Below are positions 45,683-57,319 of a DNA stretch of 64,000 bases, piece after piece. How positions within the stretch are numbered: the stretch's first letter is position 1; every line of letters starts with the position of its first letter. The notes beneath the pieces are model-generated. The model had not been told where the DNA came from, did no database searches, and worked only from the letters and a program-made list of their open reading frames with translations. Source of the DNA: Salpingoeca rosetta (taxonomy: Eukaryota; Protista; Choanoflagellata); the NCBI GenBank assembly GCA_033442325.1, contig JAWQFM010000014.1, positions 1,528,095 through 1,592,094 of the forward strand, given 5' to 3'. The translations under genes and the position numbers were made by a program.

Positions 45683-46628
45683 ATGAGCGAACAATACAAC
45701 TCCTTGAAGGAGGCCAGGCTTGCTGCCGAGAAGGAGATCAAGCAACGCATGGCCAGGAGGACACACGCGCGGAAGCGGGAGGAGGAACGGCAGGATGAGC
45801 TTGACGAAGATGAGCCGCCAAACGCGAACAACACAGTCACCGTCATCACCGTCCTTGGCGCTTCCGGGGACCTCGCAAAGAACAAAGTCTACCCCGCGCT
45901 CTGGTACGTTTGACCTGTGTGACCCGTGGCTGTGTTTTCTTCGCTCGTTGAGTGACGTGCAGCAGGGTTGTTCCGCATCATCGTGTGTCCTGCAAGCAAA
46001 ACACACACACACACACAACACACACACACAACACGTGCAGAGCACAACATGCACACTTACCAGTGTTTCATCATGCCTTTGTGTGTGTACATGTACATGT
46101 ACGTGTATGTGTTTGTGCATGTGCACGTGTATGTGTTTGTGTATGTGTATGTGTATGTGTATGCCTGTACGGTTACATGCACCTGCACGTTCAACTGCAC
46201 GTACGCGTTGGATGTTGTGTCCCAGGACCATGTATCGCAAGAGCCTGATCCCGCGGTCGTCGGTGTTTGTCGGCTATGCGCGGAGCAAGTTCACCAGCGA
46301 GGAGTTTATGGGCCGCCTTCGCCCGCATCTCGAGGTCGGATGACCGCACGTGCACGTGCACATGCATTGGAAAGGGGTGGGGGTGGGAGTTGGCTGGCCT
46401 TTGGCATTTGCTGTGCGAAGTGTCATGGATGCAGGTGGCCTGATGCGGGCGGGTGGGTGTGCTAGGGTTTTGCGTGATGGTTCTTGTTGTAATGGTGTCG
46501 TGCGTCGTGCGTGTTCTGTGGCTGAAATNNNNNNNNNNNNNNNNNNNNNNNNNNNNNNNNNNNNNNNNNNNNNNNNNNNNNNNNNNNNNNNNNNNNNNNN
46601 NNNNNNNNNNNNNNNNNNNNNNNNNNNN

Positions 46629-46718
<90 letters not shown>

Positions 46719-47630
46719 TACTACGTCTGCCTGCTCCTCTCGGTCCTTGCATATTTTCATTCACACACATGCTCACTCACTCACATGCTTGCACTAACTC
46801 ACTCACTCACTCACTCACATGCACGCACTCACTCACTCACTCGCTCACATGCACGCACACATGCACACACACACACATGCACGCACATTTTAGAAGTCGT
46901 TCCGGAAGCTGAACGAATACATTGCCCTTCGTGTTGCTGCCAAGGGCAAACTGGTATGGGCAATAGCCAGCGTGATACCACTCACCCACCCAGGCGTGCA
47001 TCCGTCCATCTGTCTATCCACCCACCAATGCATCCATTCGTGGAGCACCTGCACACCTCACATTCTGTTTCGCTCCTGTGCCCTTTGTCCCCTACAGTAC
47101 AGCAATCGTATATTCTACCTTGCCCTTCCCGCCCTTCCCATCATCGAGACCGTCACGGAACATCTCAGCAAACACTGCCAGACACAGGTCGCAAACACAA
47201 GCGCAAGGCTATAGTTGTTGGCACAATATGCTTTGTCATGGCCATGAGTGCATGTACACTTGTTAACATGGATGTGTCTGACCGATTGCACGTGCACACG
47301 TGCTTGCATGTATGTCAAGAAAATTCGCCTATTCTCTTCACTCACGTGGTGGTGCGTCTTTGACAACAGTTTGGGCGGACGCAAGTCGTGGCGAACAAGT
47401 CCCTCAGCTCGGTGAGTCGTGGTGTGTTGCCAACTTCAAGTTTGCATGATGCAAAAATCTTGGAATTGTTGTCAGAAACAGGTATGGGTTGTCAGTCTCC
47501 GTACTCTTACGCACATACCTGATGCGCTCTTCTGTATCGCCCTGTCCGCCACACAGGATTTGTTGCGCGGCTTCGAGGAGGAGCAGATTTGCCGCATGGA
47601 TCATTCTCGCCCAAAAGAGATGGCACAGAA
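45683..47630 (+). other. Glucose-6-phosphate dehydrogenase N-terminal (Rossmann) domain-derived segment, with no G6PD C-terminal domain
   Basis: VLGASGDLAKNKVYPALW, FVGYARS, SFRKLNEYI, NRIFYLALP, GRTQVVANKS (canonical W.RvvvEKPFG) and FEEEQICRMDHSRPKEMAQN (canonical F.EeQIYRIDHYLGKEMVQN) occur in G6PD order. Confidence 0.85.
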
Positions 47631-50600
47631 CTGGCAGCTCGTGCTTGAAAGGCTTAGCAGCAAGCAGGACAGTGCAAGGAAAGACAAGAAGGAAGGGGTG
47701 GCACCTACACTCGCTCGGCTGGAAAGGTTTCTTGCACAGACTGAGTTGGCTGACAAGGTGAAGGACAGAGTCAGGGCCATCGCCAACAGCACTTGTGGGA
47801 AGAAAGTGAGGTGAGTGTGAACGAAGTCTCACTTTGCATGCGTTGAACCTGCAGAAAATGGTCCCTTGACCATATCTTGTCTTTTGCGCGTGCGTGTGAC
47901 TTTGCTCTATTTGCTCCCTTGCGTATGTGCGTGAAATTGCACGACTCTGACGCAACGAAATGTTTTGCTGTTGCTCAATTACTTGTCCTTGTGTGGCTTT
48001 CTTTCTTCTTTCTGTGGAACGCGATGGAATACAGCTTTGCTCAAGATCACATGGGCGACAATGGCGTGCGCGTGGTAGCCGAGGCTCTCCGAAGCAACAC
48101 GTGCATCGAGTGGCTTGAGTGCGTGATATTGCACAGCCGCCATGCACTGGATTACCTCCTTGTTGCAGGAAAGGGGTATGTCGTCCTCTCCTCCGTTCGT
48201 CTGGGTAATGCTCACGCCCTCTGGTATCCCCTGCATGTTCACTTTTCGTGCAAACAGGTTGGACAGCAATCGCATCAGCGACGACGGCGCAGTGGCGTTG
48301 GCGGAAGTGCTAAAGCGCAACGCAACCATCATGACACTTGAGTGAGTGTGGAGTTATCCTTGGTGGCGTGGGCCCAATACACACCGCGTATGGCCCGGTG
48401 GAAGTGGCTGTGAACTTGCGTATATCTCGAGTTGGTTTGCTGTGGCGTTAGCGATTGCGCTGTCCTCTGTTACTCCGTCTAATTCGGTGACGTCTCACCG
48501 TGTTTCACCACTGGCTGATTGTTTTTCTTGGGGGGGGGGGGTCTTCTTCACAGTCTGAACAACAACCGCATCCGTAATGATGGCGCTGTGGCATTGGCGC
48601 AGATGCTGAAGCATAACACAACCATCACGACGCTAAAGTGGGATGCACAGGCGGTTCGGAGCGTGTACATGAACGAACTGGAAGAAGACGTGGACCGTGA
48701 TAGTGTTGCATTAGCACACTCTGTTTTGTAACTGTGTACAACTGCACATTAACTCATGTGTTTCTTTGCACGTGTACTATCATGTGCATCCTCCTCTGGC
48801 AGGTTGGGTTTCAACTCTATCAGCGACGATGGTGCTGTGGCATTGGCAGGAGCACTAGTGCACAACACAACACTTCATGAACTCAGGTGAGTATGGGCTC
48901 CCATCCACATATCCTTGGCACAGGATGGTCGTGCCCTGACAACACGCATCTACGCAGTGACTTGAGTGGTGGTGTGAACGATGCCTGTACTGCTACGTTA
49001 CCCGCGTGGTGTGTGCTTCACTTCTTCCTTGTGTACCGATCAACTGGCGCACGTGAGCATGTTGCATGACATGAAAATTGCCTACTCACCTGGATTGACA
49101 CGCGTTTTATCTTTGTTCTCTTGCATTACTAACATGTGCACGTTCGCGTGTCAGTCTTTGGCGCAATTATATCGCCCCTGCTGGCGGTGCAGCGCTGGCA
49201 GCTGCTCTGAATCAGAATCGCACCCTCAATCAACTCTCGTACGTTGATTGGCCCAGCCCTCCTTGGTCAACTGCTTCTCTTGTGAACTTGCAGTGTAGCC
49301 TCAGCGCACCTGCTCAAACTCACGTCACACCATTCCTGCCCTCCAAACCTCAGCCTGGAGAAAAACTCGGCCGCAACTGCCAGCGCTTTTGGGGCCGCGT
49401 TGCCCGTGGACCGCGAACTTAACGCAGGAGACTGGTCAGCATGACTGGCATGATTCGTCTTCCTGTGTGCCGTGCCTTGTCATGTATCATTCCCAGCCTG
49501 TCAGATATCCTTTCACTGTTGTGCCACAATGCTTGCGTCATGCACAGGGTTCTGGATAATGAGGGGGAATCAGCCTTCAATGAAGCACGCAAGGAGAAGA
49601 TGCAGCAGCACGTGAACCTGTTTCTCGTCTGCAAGAGTGGCGATACCAAAGCGTTGATCTCCCTCATCAATCAAGACCATGCACCCGTCAACCAACAAGA
49701 CGAACAGGTGCGTATGCGTGTATTATGATTGTCCTCTGCTTGCTCCTTCATGTTTCGTGTTCACCGTGAATGAATTGTTCTCACCTCTCTTTTCTCACCA
49801 CTTATGTACTCAACGCAGGGCGACGCCCCGCTGCACGTCGCCTGCAGGCACAAACACCTCGCCATTGTGAAGCTGCTGCTAGACAAGGGCGCAGACACTT
49901 CCGTCAAGAATGCGAAAGTGGGATTTGTTTCGGGCTGATTCCTGAAGTGCAACCGTTGTCTTGCCTTGCGCTGGCCACTTCTGTCTGCCTGCTTCCCTTC
50001 TCGCCTCACCCCATGCTACTCTATCTACATCCTAACATACGCAGGGAGAGACGCCCTACGATGTGGCGACAGCTAGCGGCCACGTTGCCATCATTAGCAT
50101 TGAAGCCCTCAAGCCAGACAGCAAGCCTCAGCAGCAGCAAAAGGAGAAAGGCCCACCTGCGCCAGCCCCTTTCGCCAAATCAAAACGAGGCGGAGAGGCA
50201 GCGCAAGGCGTGAGTGAGGCAGAAAACTTGCATACTTGAAAGCAACGTGGGTGTTTGTGCGCATCTCCTCGCTTACCTCTTTCATGGCTTTCATACTCTG
50301 TTCCCCAGCACAATGTCTCACACCACCGCATCACCATGCCTTGCTCTGCCTGCACCAGCCCGAGAAGGCGCGCAGGGAGCGTCTCCAGCAGCGCATGCGG
50401 GAGGTCGTTGCGCGCTTCAACGCCACCATGGCGGGCAGGGCCAAGCTCATCTTCATTGGCCAGGGGCGCGCCGGCAAGACCAGCACGTTCCACTCACTCA
50501 TGGGCCACACCTTCAACAAGCATGAGCACTCCACGCCTGGCGCCGCGACCGCCGACCTCGCCGTCATTGTCGAGTCCATGGACATCCATGACTGGCAGGT

Positions 50601-51498
50601 GCGTCAGCTAAGCTTATGCGTTTCTGTGAAATGTGCGACGCATGCGTGAAGGGAAGTGTCGTGAGTGACTCGTGATTTGCAATGCGCAGCACAGCGCAAA
50701 CACACACACACACACACACAACCTTGCTTCTCCTCCTCACCTTTGCAGGAGCTGGATGCGGAGATCTCGGAGCTGATGCGCAGTCTCTGCGGCACGGCGC
50801 TGGCGCAGGACTCCGGCGTGAACTTGCAGATGAAGCAGGCGATGATGAAGGCGAAAGCCGACCTGGAGAGCCGAATCGTTCGGTACCAGCAGCAACAGAA
50901 GCAGAGCGAAGCACTGAAGACCAGGCCAAGGGCAAGGACTACCAATCTGAAGCAGAAGGCAACCCCGAAGGAAACACAGTCACAGCAACCATTCCATGAG
51001 TCACCAACGATCGTCCCCGAGCCCACCAAGGCGTCTCATGCCCCAGCATCTGCATCCAAGCAGCAGGTCACAATCGGTCCTTCCAGCAAAGGTGATACTG
51101 CTTCCCACGACAACGAAGAACACGGCAGCCGCGCCACCGCAACCGGCATGTCTACGGAGGAGATGGAGAAGGCGATCAAAGAGCTTAACGTGGATGCCGT
51201 CATGGGCGAGGGCAAAGCACGGGTCACTTTCAAGGTGTTTGACTTGGGCGGCCAGTCCACCTTCTACATCTTCCACCCTTTCTTCCTCACAGAGTGAGTG
51301 CGGCAGTGCGTGTGTACGTGTGTGTGTGCGCGTGTGTCTGTGTGTTTGAGTGTGTGTGCGTGTGTGTGCGTGCATTGTGTGTCTGTGTATCTGTATGTAT
51401 GTATGTATGTGTGCGTGTATGTGTGTGTGTGTGTGTGCGTGTTTGCCTGCTTGCAGTCCCTCCACCACCTCTCCTCCATTCACCTCTCCCTTCATCAC

Positions 51499-51536
<38 letters not shown>

Positions 51537-52103
51537 GCAAGGACTACCAATCTGAAGCAGAAGGCAACCCCGAAGGAAACACAGTCACAGCAACCATTCC
51601 ATGAGTCACCAACGATCGTCCCCGAGCCCACCAAGGCGTCTCATGCCCCAGCATCTGCATCCAAGCAGCAGGTCACAATCGGTCCTTCCAGCAAAGGTGA
51701 TACTGCTTCCCACGACAACGAAGAACACGGCAGCCGCGCCACCGCAACCGGCATGTCTACGGAGGAGATGGAGAAGGCGATCAAAGAGCTTAACGTGGAT
51801 GCCGTCATGGGCGAGGGCAAAGCACGGGTCACTTTCAAGGTGTTTGACTTGGGCGGCCAGTCCACCTTCTACATCTTCCACCCTTTCTTCCTCACAGAGT
51901 GAGTGCGGCAGTGCGTGTGTACGTGTGTGTGTGCGCGTGTGTCTGTGTGTTTGAGTGTGTGTGCGTGTGTGTGCGTGCATTGTGTGTCTGTGTATCTGTA
52001 TGTATGTATGTATGTGTGCGTGTATGTGTGTGTGTGTGTGTGCGTGTTTGCCTGCTTGCAGTCCCTCCACCACCTCTCCTCCATTCACCTCTCCCTTCAT
52101 CAC

Positions 52104-52143
<40 letters not shown>

Positions 52144-55012
52144 AGGTACGCGGTGTACCTGCTGGTGTTCTCCATGAAGGACCTGCTGCACCAAGATGAG
52201 AGCAAGCGAGCTGAATCGTGGGAGTTTATGGAGCACTGGCTCTCCTCTCTCCACCTCCACGCCAAGGGCGCACCCGTCCTCATCGTCGGCACGTTTGCTG
52301 ACAAGATTATCGAGCGGAAGCAGCACGAGGCCATCTCACGCGACATCTACAGCCGCTTGCGCCACAACCCCGCTTTCCCTGGCGTCATTCACAACGACAA
52401 ACACGGCCTGTGGTTCTGGCCCGTCGACAACACCAAGTCTATCAACGACACCATGATCCAGGACCTGCGCCAGACCATCTCCTCCACAGCACTGGCGCAG
52501 GAGTACGTGAGCCAGGAAGTGGCCGTCCCTTACCTCCACCTCTTCGACAAACTCCACGCCATCGCCCGCGACGAGAAGCGACCTCTGCTTACGTTTGACG
52601 AGGTGGTGGACATTGCGCGCACGTGTGGGCTGCGCACGCGTGACGAGACGAGAGCCTGCCTGCAGTTCCTGCACCTGTACTCAATGGTGCTGTGCTATGA
52701 CCACGTGCCAGGCATGGAGGACTATGTGATCCTGAGTCCGCAGTGGGCGGTGGACACGATGGCCCGCGTCATCCGCAACTTTGATCTGCACCGCGATGTG
52801 CGCGATGGCGAGGCGAGGGCCGTTGGCGCACAGCTGTGGGACGACCTGGTTGACCGTGGCATCCTGCATCGCCGCCTGCTGGATGTGCTGTGGAACGACG
52901 TGGACAGCAACTTGGTACTGCCATTCCTGTGCTTGATGATGCAGTACGGGCTGTGTGTTGAGTACTCTCCACCCAAGCTGGTGGACAGTCGCAGAGCACT
53001 CGCACGCACCAACTCTGGCCACGGTGACAACGCTACAGCCAAGGGCAGCAAGGGCAGCAGTCCCGGGCACCAGCAGTACCTGGTCCCTGCCATCCTGCCG
53101 ATGACGATTCGCCACAACAACAGCGAGATGGCATCCGTGTCACTTAGCACGACGGCAGCACAGCAGGTCAACCCATACGTTGGTTATGAAGAGAAGACAG
53201 CCTACGTCACCTTCAGCCTGAAGCAGTTCAAGCGAAGTGCGAGCGTGCGAGTTGAAGATGTGCAACAAGCGTCATTCCTGCCAGAGGGGTTGTTCACCGT
53301 TGTGCTGGCCCATGTGATGATGCATGCACAGCACGGTGCATCACAGGAGCCCAAGCTGAGCCGCACCCACGCCGTGTGCTTCATGGAGTCCACCAAGCTG
53401 GAGCTGCAGCTTGTGCCGGCTGTTGGCGGCATCAAGATGAAGATCACGAGTGCACAGCCACGTGCTGTGCTGCACATGCTGCACAGCATGATCAGCGAGG
53501 CCGCCAGAGAGCGCTACCCCGAGCTGAAGAGCAGCCTGCTGCTGCCGTTCGACGACAAGACGCTGCTGTTCTTCGAGGACATGCTGCACCACCACAAGCG
53601 CAAGCAGGACATGTGGGTGGACGAACAGCTGCTGTCACCCGATGACCTGGTCACCAAATACGGCCCTCTTCTGCCCGTCCTTGGCCTGCAGGACAAGTAC
53701 GACGTCTTCATCAGCTACAGGTGAGACGTGTGTGTGTGTGTGTGTACGTGTGTGTGTGTGTGCGTGTGTGTGTGTCTGCCTGCCTGTCTGTCTGTCTGTC
53801 TGTCACTTCCATCCACCACCACTGCTGCTCCACACCACTCCACCTCACATCCCCCTTCTCCCGCCGCCACCATCACCACCTCAGGCAACGCGCCAGCAGT
53901 GGGCTGGTGATGGCGCTGCACCCGCGCTTGGAGCAGCGCAACCTGGTTGCGTTCCTGGACGCCAACAACCTGGAGACGGGCCTCAACTTCAAGTTGTCGT
54001 TCATGACGGCGATTGGGCTGAGTCTGGTGGCCTGCCCCATCGTCTCTGCTGCCACCATCATGCAGATGAGGCAGCTGCAGCACAGCGACTACTGCGACAA
54101 CGTGCTGCTGGAGTGGATGACGATGCTGGCGCTGCGCGAGTACCAACGGGCGCACGAAGAAGATGAGGAGCAACATGCCAAGATTCGCCTTCACCGCGTC
54201 GTGCCTGTCATTGTTGGCAGCGCATGGCACAATGTGAACGACAGCAGCATGAGCAAGGCCGAGGTGAGCGAGTACGACTCGTTTGACCGCCTGAAGCGGC
54301 TGACAACGAAGCTGCCGGATGTTGTCAGCAAGGAGACGGCAGCAGCCCTGGACCAGTACTTTTCGCAGGTGCTGCACTTACCACCACCACAGCAGCACAA
54401 GAGCGTGCGCGAGACTGTGCTGTCGCTGTTTGACATTGACGCCGTGGTTGTATTGGACGCCACTGAGGACCGCACGTCGCAGCTGCGCGACATTGCAGAG
54501 AAGGTGCGCCAAGTTGTCGTCTCTGCCAGGAGTGACGAGCAGGCAGGGAATGGAGCAGCAACTGCACGTCGTTCCACGCAGGTATGCGTGCTGTGCTGTG
54601 CCCTTTGCACATGTGTTTGCATACATGCACGCATGCTCAATCTCTTCCTCTTCCACCACTTGGCGCTCACGCTGTGCTTCACGCACCCGCTTGGTAGCCT
54701 ATCCTGCAATCGTCCTTGTCATACTCCACCACTGCCACAACTCCTGCTCCACCACCACCTGCCACCCCATTGGCCTCTTCCTCCTCCTCGCCATTTGAGC
54801 CCGAACTGGCGGCATGGCTCACACAACACTCGCTGCTGCCACACGTAAAGCAAGCGCTGGTGGAGCACTGCATCGACTCCCTGGAGGTGCTGGTGGGGGT
54901 CGTGCGTGAGGGCTTACTCACCACACAGGCACTTGTTGCAAGCGGCGTGCCGATGGGTGCTGCGTTTAAGCTGGTGCAAAAAGCGAAACGTAGTGCGGAT
55001 GGCAATGCATAG
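45683..55012 (+). CDS. Chimeric Roco protein: degenerate G6PD NADP-binding domain - RI-type LRRs - ankyrin - Roc GTPase - COR - TIR - SAM-like
   Basis: Phase-compatible exons 45683-45903, 46226-46334, [gap], 46894-46953, 47098-47187, 47370-47411, 47557-47810, five 84-nt LRR exons (48035-49238), 49354-49434, 49548-49707, 49819-49917, 50045-50209, 50359-50598, 50749-51293, 52146-53720, 53885-54581, 54698-55012. Roc GQGRAGKTS / FDLGGQ / VGTFAD; COR VILSPQW; TIR YDVFISYR..AFLD..NVLLEW. Confidence 0.8.
50931..52140 (+). repeat. 605-bp direct tandem duplication inside the Roc-coding region (partial exon plus intron)
   Basis: 50931-51535 recurs at 51536-52140; the ORF track shows identical translations offset by 605 nt. 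Confidence 0.92.
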
Positions 55013-55245
55013 GGTCAAACACGCGTTCCCACTTCTATTTTGGCTTGTTCTGTTCGTGCGTACTTGAGTTCTTGTTCCCGCTTCCTCCTGAATTCACGTT
55101 CACATGTTGACGTTGTGTTCATACACAGCCATGTTGATTTCTTTGAACTCTTGCGGTTGGATTCCATTTCTCTTGCTTCTTGCCTTCTCGATTTTGCTTT
55201 GACATGAAGAAACTGACAGCAGACACCCTTACGAAAAAGCACAAG

Positions 55246-55326
<81 letters not shown>

Positions 55327-55341
55327 CATGACGAAGGAGCG

Positions 55342-57120
55342 TCATCGATTGCTCTTTCGTTTTCCAGCCAACAAGACACGTATCATTGTATGATGTGATC
55401 GCTTTGAAAGTGCGACATCTGGCCAGAGCCACTGCCTGTTGGAGCTAGCACAGTTGCGGAGGACGAGGCAGCCGATGTTTGGCAGACTGTCCAATGTGTC
55501 GAAGGTGCAATTCTTCAACACGAGGGTATGCACGCCTTGGAAGAATGCAAAATCCGTAATCTCGCACTCACGCAGCTTGCACTTGAAGACATCGTGACAA
55601 TTGGTGATGGACAGGTTGTTGTCGCTGCCGCGAGTATCACCGTCGTCTGCGCAGCATGAGGATGGAGGCCCGGTTGTCAAGGCTACGCGCTCAATCTGGA
55701 GGGTATTGATAGAAGTGAGAGCCAAAGCTCCACAGCACGCGTACAGGTGCAAGTTCTGGCAGTTTGACAGCTGGCCGAACAGCGGACAGTACATGATGCG
55801 AAGGTATTTCCGACCCGAAAGCAGGTGAACGTCGTGTAGGGGTCGAACGCCGGTGCCATGCAAGGTCAGCCACTGCAGAGCAGACCCAAGCCACGCGCAG
55901 CGCAGCTCCCCTTCCACCCGGGCGTGCAGCTTTCGCACACACCCAGGCACGGGCCCGTCCACGCTGGCTCGCTCCACGCACACGTGGACGCTGTCAGGAA
56001 CAACACAAAGGTCGGTGACGCCTCGCACGCAGTAGCAGAGAATCAGCCTGTCAGCGCGACGGCCAACGTCTGCAAGGAACGAGCGTGGCAGCGTTGTCTG
56101 TGGAAGGCGGAGCACCACCACGTCTGCGTGCTCAAAGTCCAGCAGCCGGGGCAGGGCGTTGGGCGTTGCATCACCAATTACAAGTCGCTTGACGTGAGAC
56201 GGAGAAGTGAACCGCGACACCTTTGATTCCATGTCGAGGACGATGTGCGTGGCGTTGGGGAGGTGCAGCACGTCAGGGACGGCCACCATGCTCGACAGCT
56301 TGACGTGCGTGGCGCTCAGAGTGGTGGTTCTCAGCTGTATGTTCTGGAGATCGACGATACGCGCTGTTTCAATGGGCGCCTCACTGTTTATCACGTGGCC
56401 CCCGTTGATGGCGAGCGCCTGCACGGTTTGCAGTGGTGCCAGGTCAACGCGATTGCTGTTGCAACAAGAGAGAGTGATCGCTGATACTCTCGCCAGCGCA
56501 CCCACGTCCATAACAGAGGTGTTGTTGCCGAGCTCCACCAAGTGCACATTGTCGAGATGCCCGCGAATGGTGCGCTGCTGCTTTGTGTACCAAATAACGT
56601 GGTGCACGTCATGCAGCGTGACGTGACCAATCTCAGCATGGCGCGCAAGAATCTTGAGATTGGTGATGCGCGTTGCGGTGAGGGCAGACAGCGAATTCCG
56701 GATGGTCAGACGCACAGTCTGTGCACAAACGTGGCCCAAGTGCACGCTGCACAGGTCATGCATTCGATCAGCCTCGGCTTGAGTCGACAAGCACGCCGAA
56801 AGCGAGTACAGCGCCGGCGAAGGTGCGCACAAGGATACTTGACTCACTTGCCGCTGCGCTGGTTGTGGTTGTTGCGGTTGTCCGTCAGGCTCCGCGCGAG
56901 GCCTTGCTCTGTGTTGCCGTGACGGCTGTTCCATCACATGGACGGGTTCACTCGAAAGGCAGCCGTCGTTGGTGGAACGTGTGTGCCATCTTGCACCGCC
57001 AGCCAACGCCACTCCCCATGAGCTAAGGTCGTCGAGAGAAGCAAAGGACATCCGTCCACAGTGCCCAAACTCGCGCCAGAAATCTCCTTGTCTTCTTCTT
57101 CTTGAAGTTGAAGCCAGCAT
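55342..57120 (-). CDS. Divergent LRR-like solenoid protein, possibly with an F-box-like N-terminus
   Basis: Long ORF with LxxVxxLxLxxC-type repeats (FQGVHTLVLKNC, LPNIGCLVLRNC, LDNVHLVELGN). Probable intron about 56850-56720. The start codon (57120 or 57051) is uncertain. Confidence 0.5.
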   Translation of the reverse strand: MLASTSRRRRQGDFWREFGHCGRMSFASLDDLSSWGVALAGGARWHTRSTNDGCLSSEPVHVMEQPSRQHRARPRAEPDGQPQQPQPAQRQVSQVSLCAPSPALYSLSACLSTQAEADRMHDLCSVHLGHVCAQTVRLTIRNSLSALTATRITNLKILARHAEIGHVTLHDVHHVIWYTKQQRTIRGHLDNVHLVELGNNTSVMDVGALARVSAITLSCCNSNRVDLAPLQTVQALAINGGHVINSEAPIETARIVDLQNIQLRTTTLSATHVKLSSMVAVPDVLHLPNATHIVLDMESKVSRFTSPSHVKRLVIGDATPNALPRLLDFEHADVVVLRLPQTTLPRSFLADVGRRADRLILCYCVRGVTDLCVVPDSVHVCVERASVDGPVPGCVRKLHARVEGELRCAWLGSALQWLTLHGTGVRPLHDVHLLSGRKYLRIMYCPLFGQLSNCQNLHLYACCGALALTSINTLQIERVALTTGPPSSCCADDGDTRGSDNNLSITNCHDVFKCKLRECEITDFAFFQGVHTLVLKNCTFDTLDSLPNIGCLVLRNCASSNRQWLWPDVALSKRSHHTMIRVLLAGKRKSNR

Positions 57121-57319
57121 GCGGTGAAGGAAACTGCACCTGCTGTCCCACGTTGCTCCCAGCCAGCAGTACACCAGAGCACCAGAAAGCGATTTTCTAG
57201 CCACGCGGCATGCTCGACACCAGGGTCGTCATTATATCTCCGGTGTAATGAGGTGTCGCTTGTCGTTCGTGACATTGCGGTGTGAAACGCCGTTGCCGTT
57301 GCCGCTGTTGTGATAGTGG

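Noticed and set aside
45683-46334. A standalone functional G6PD gene
   Set aside because: No C-terminal G6PD domain is present, the substrate motifs downstream are degenerate, and the frame continues into LRR exons. A full copy hidden in the 100-N gap cannot be excluded.
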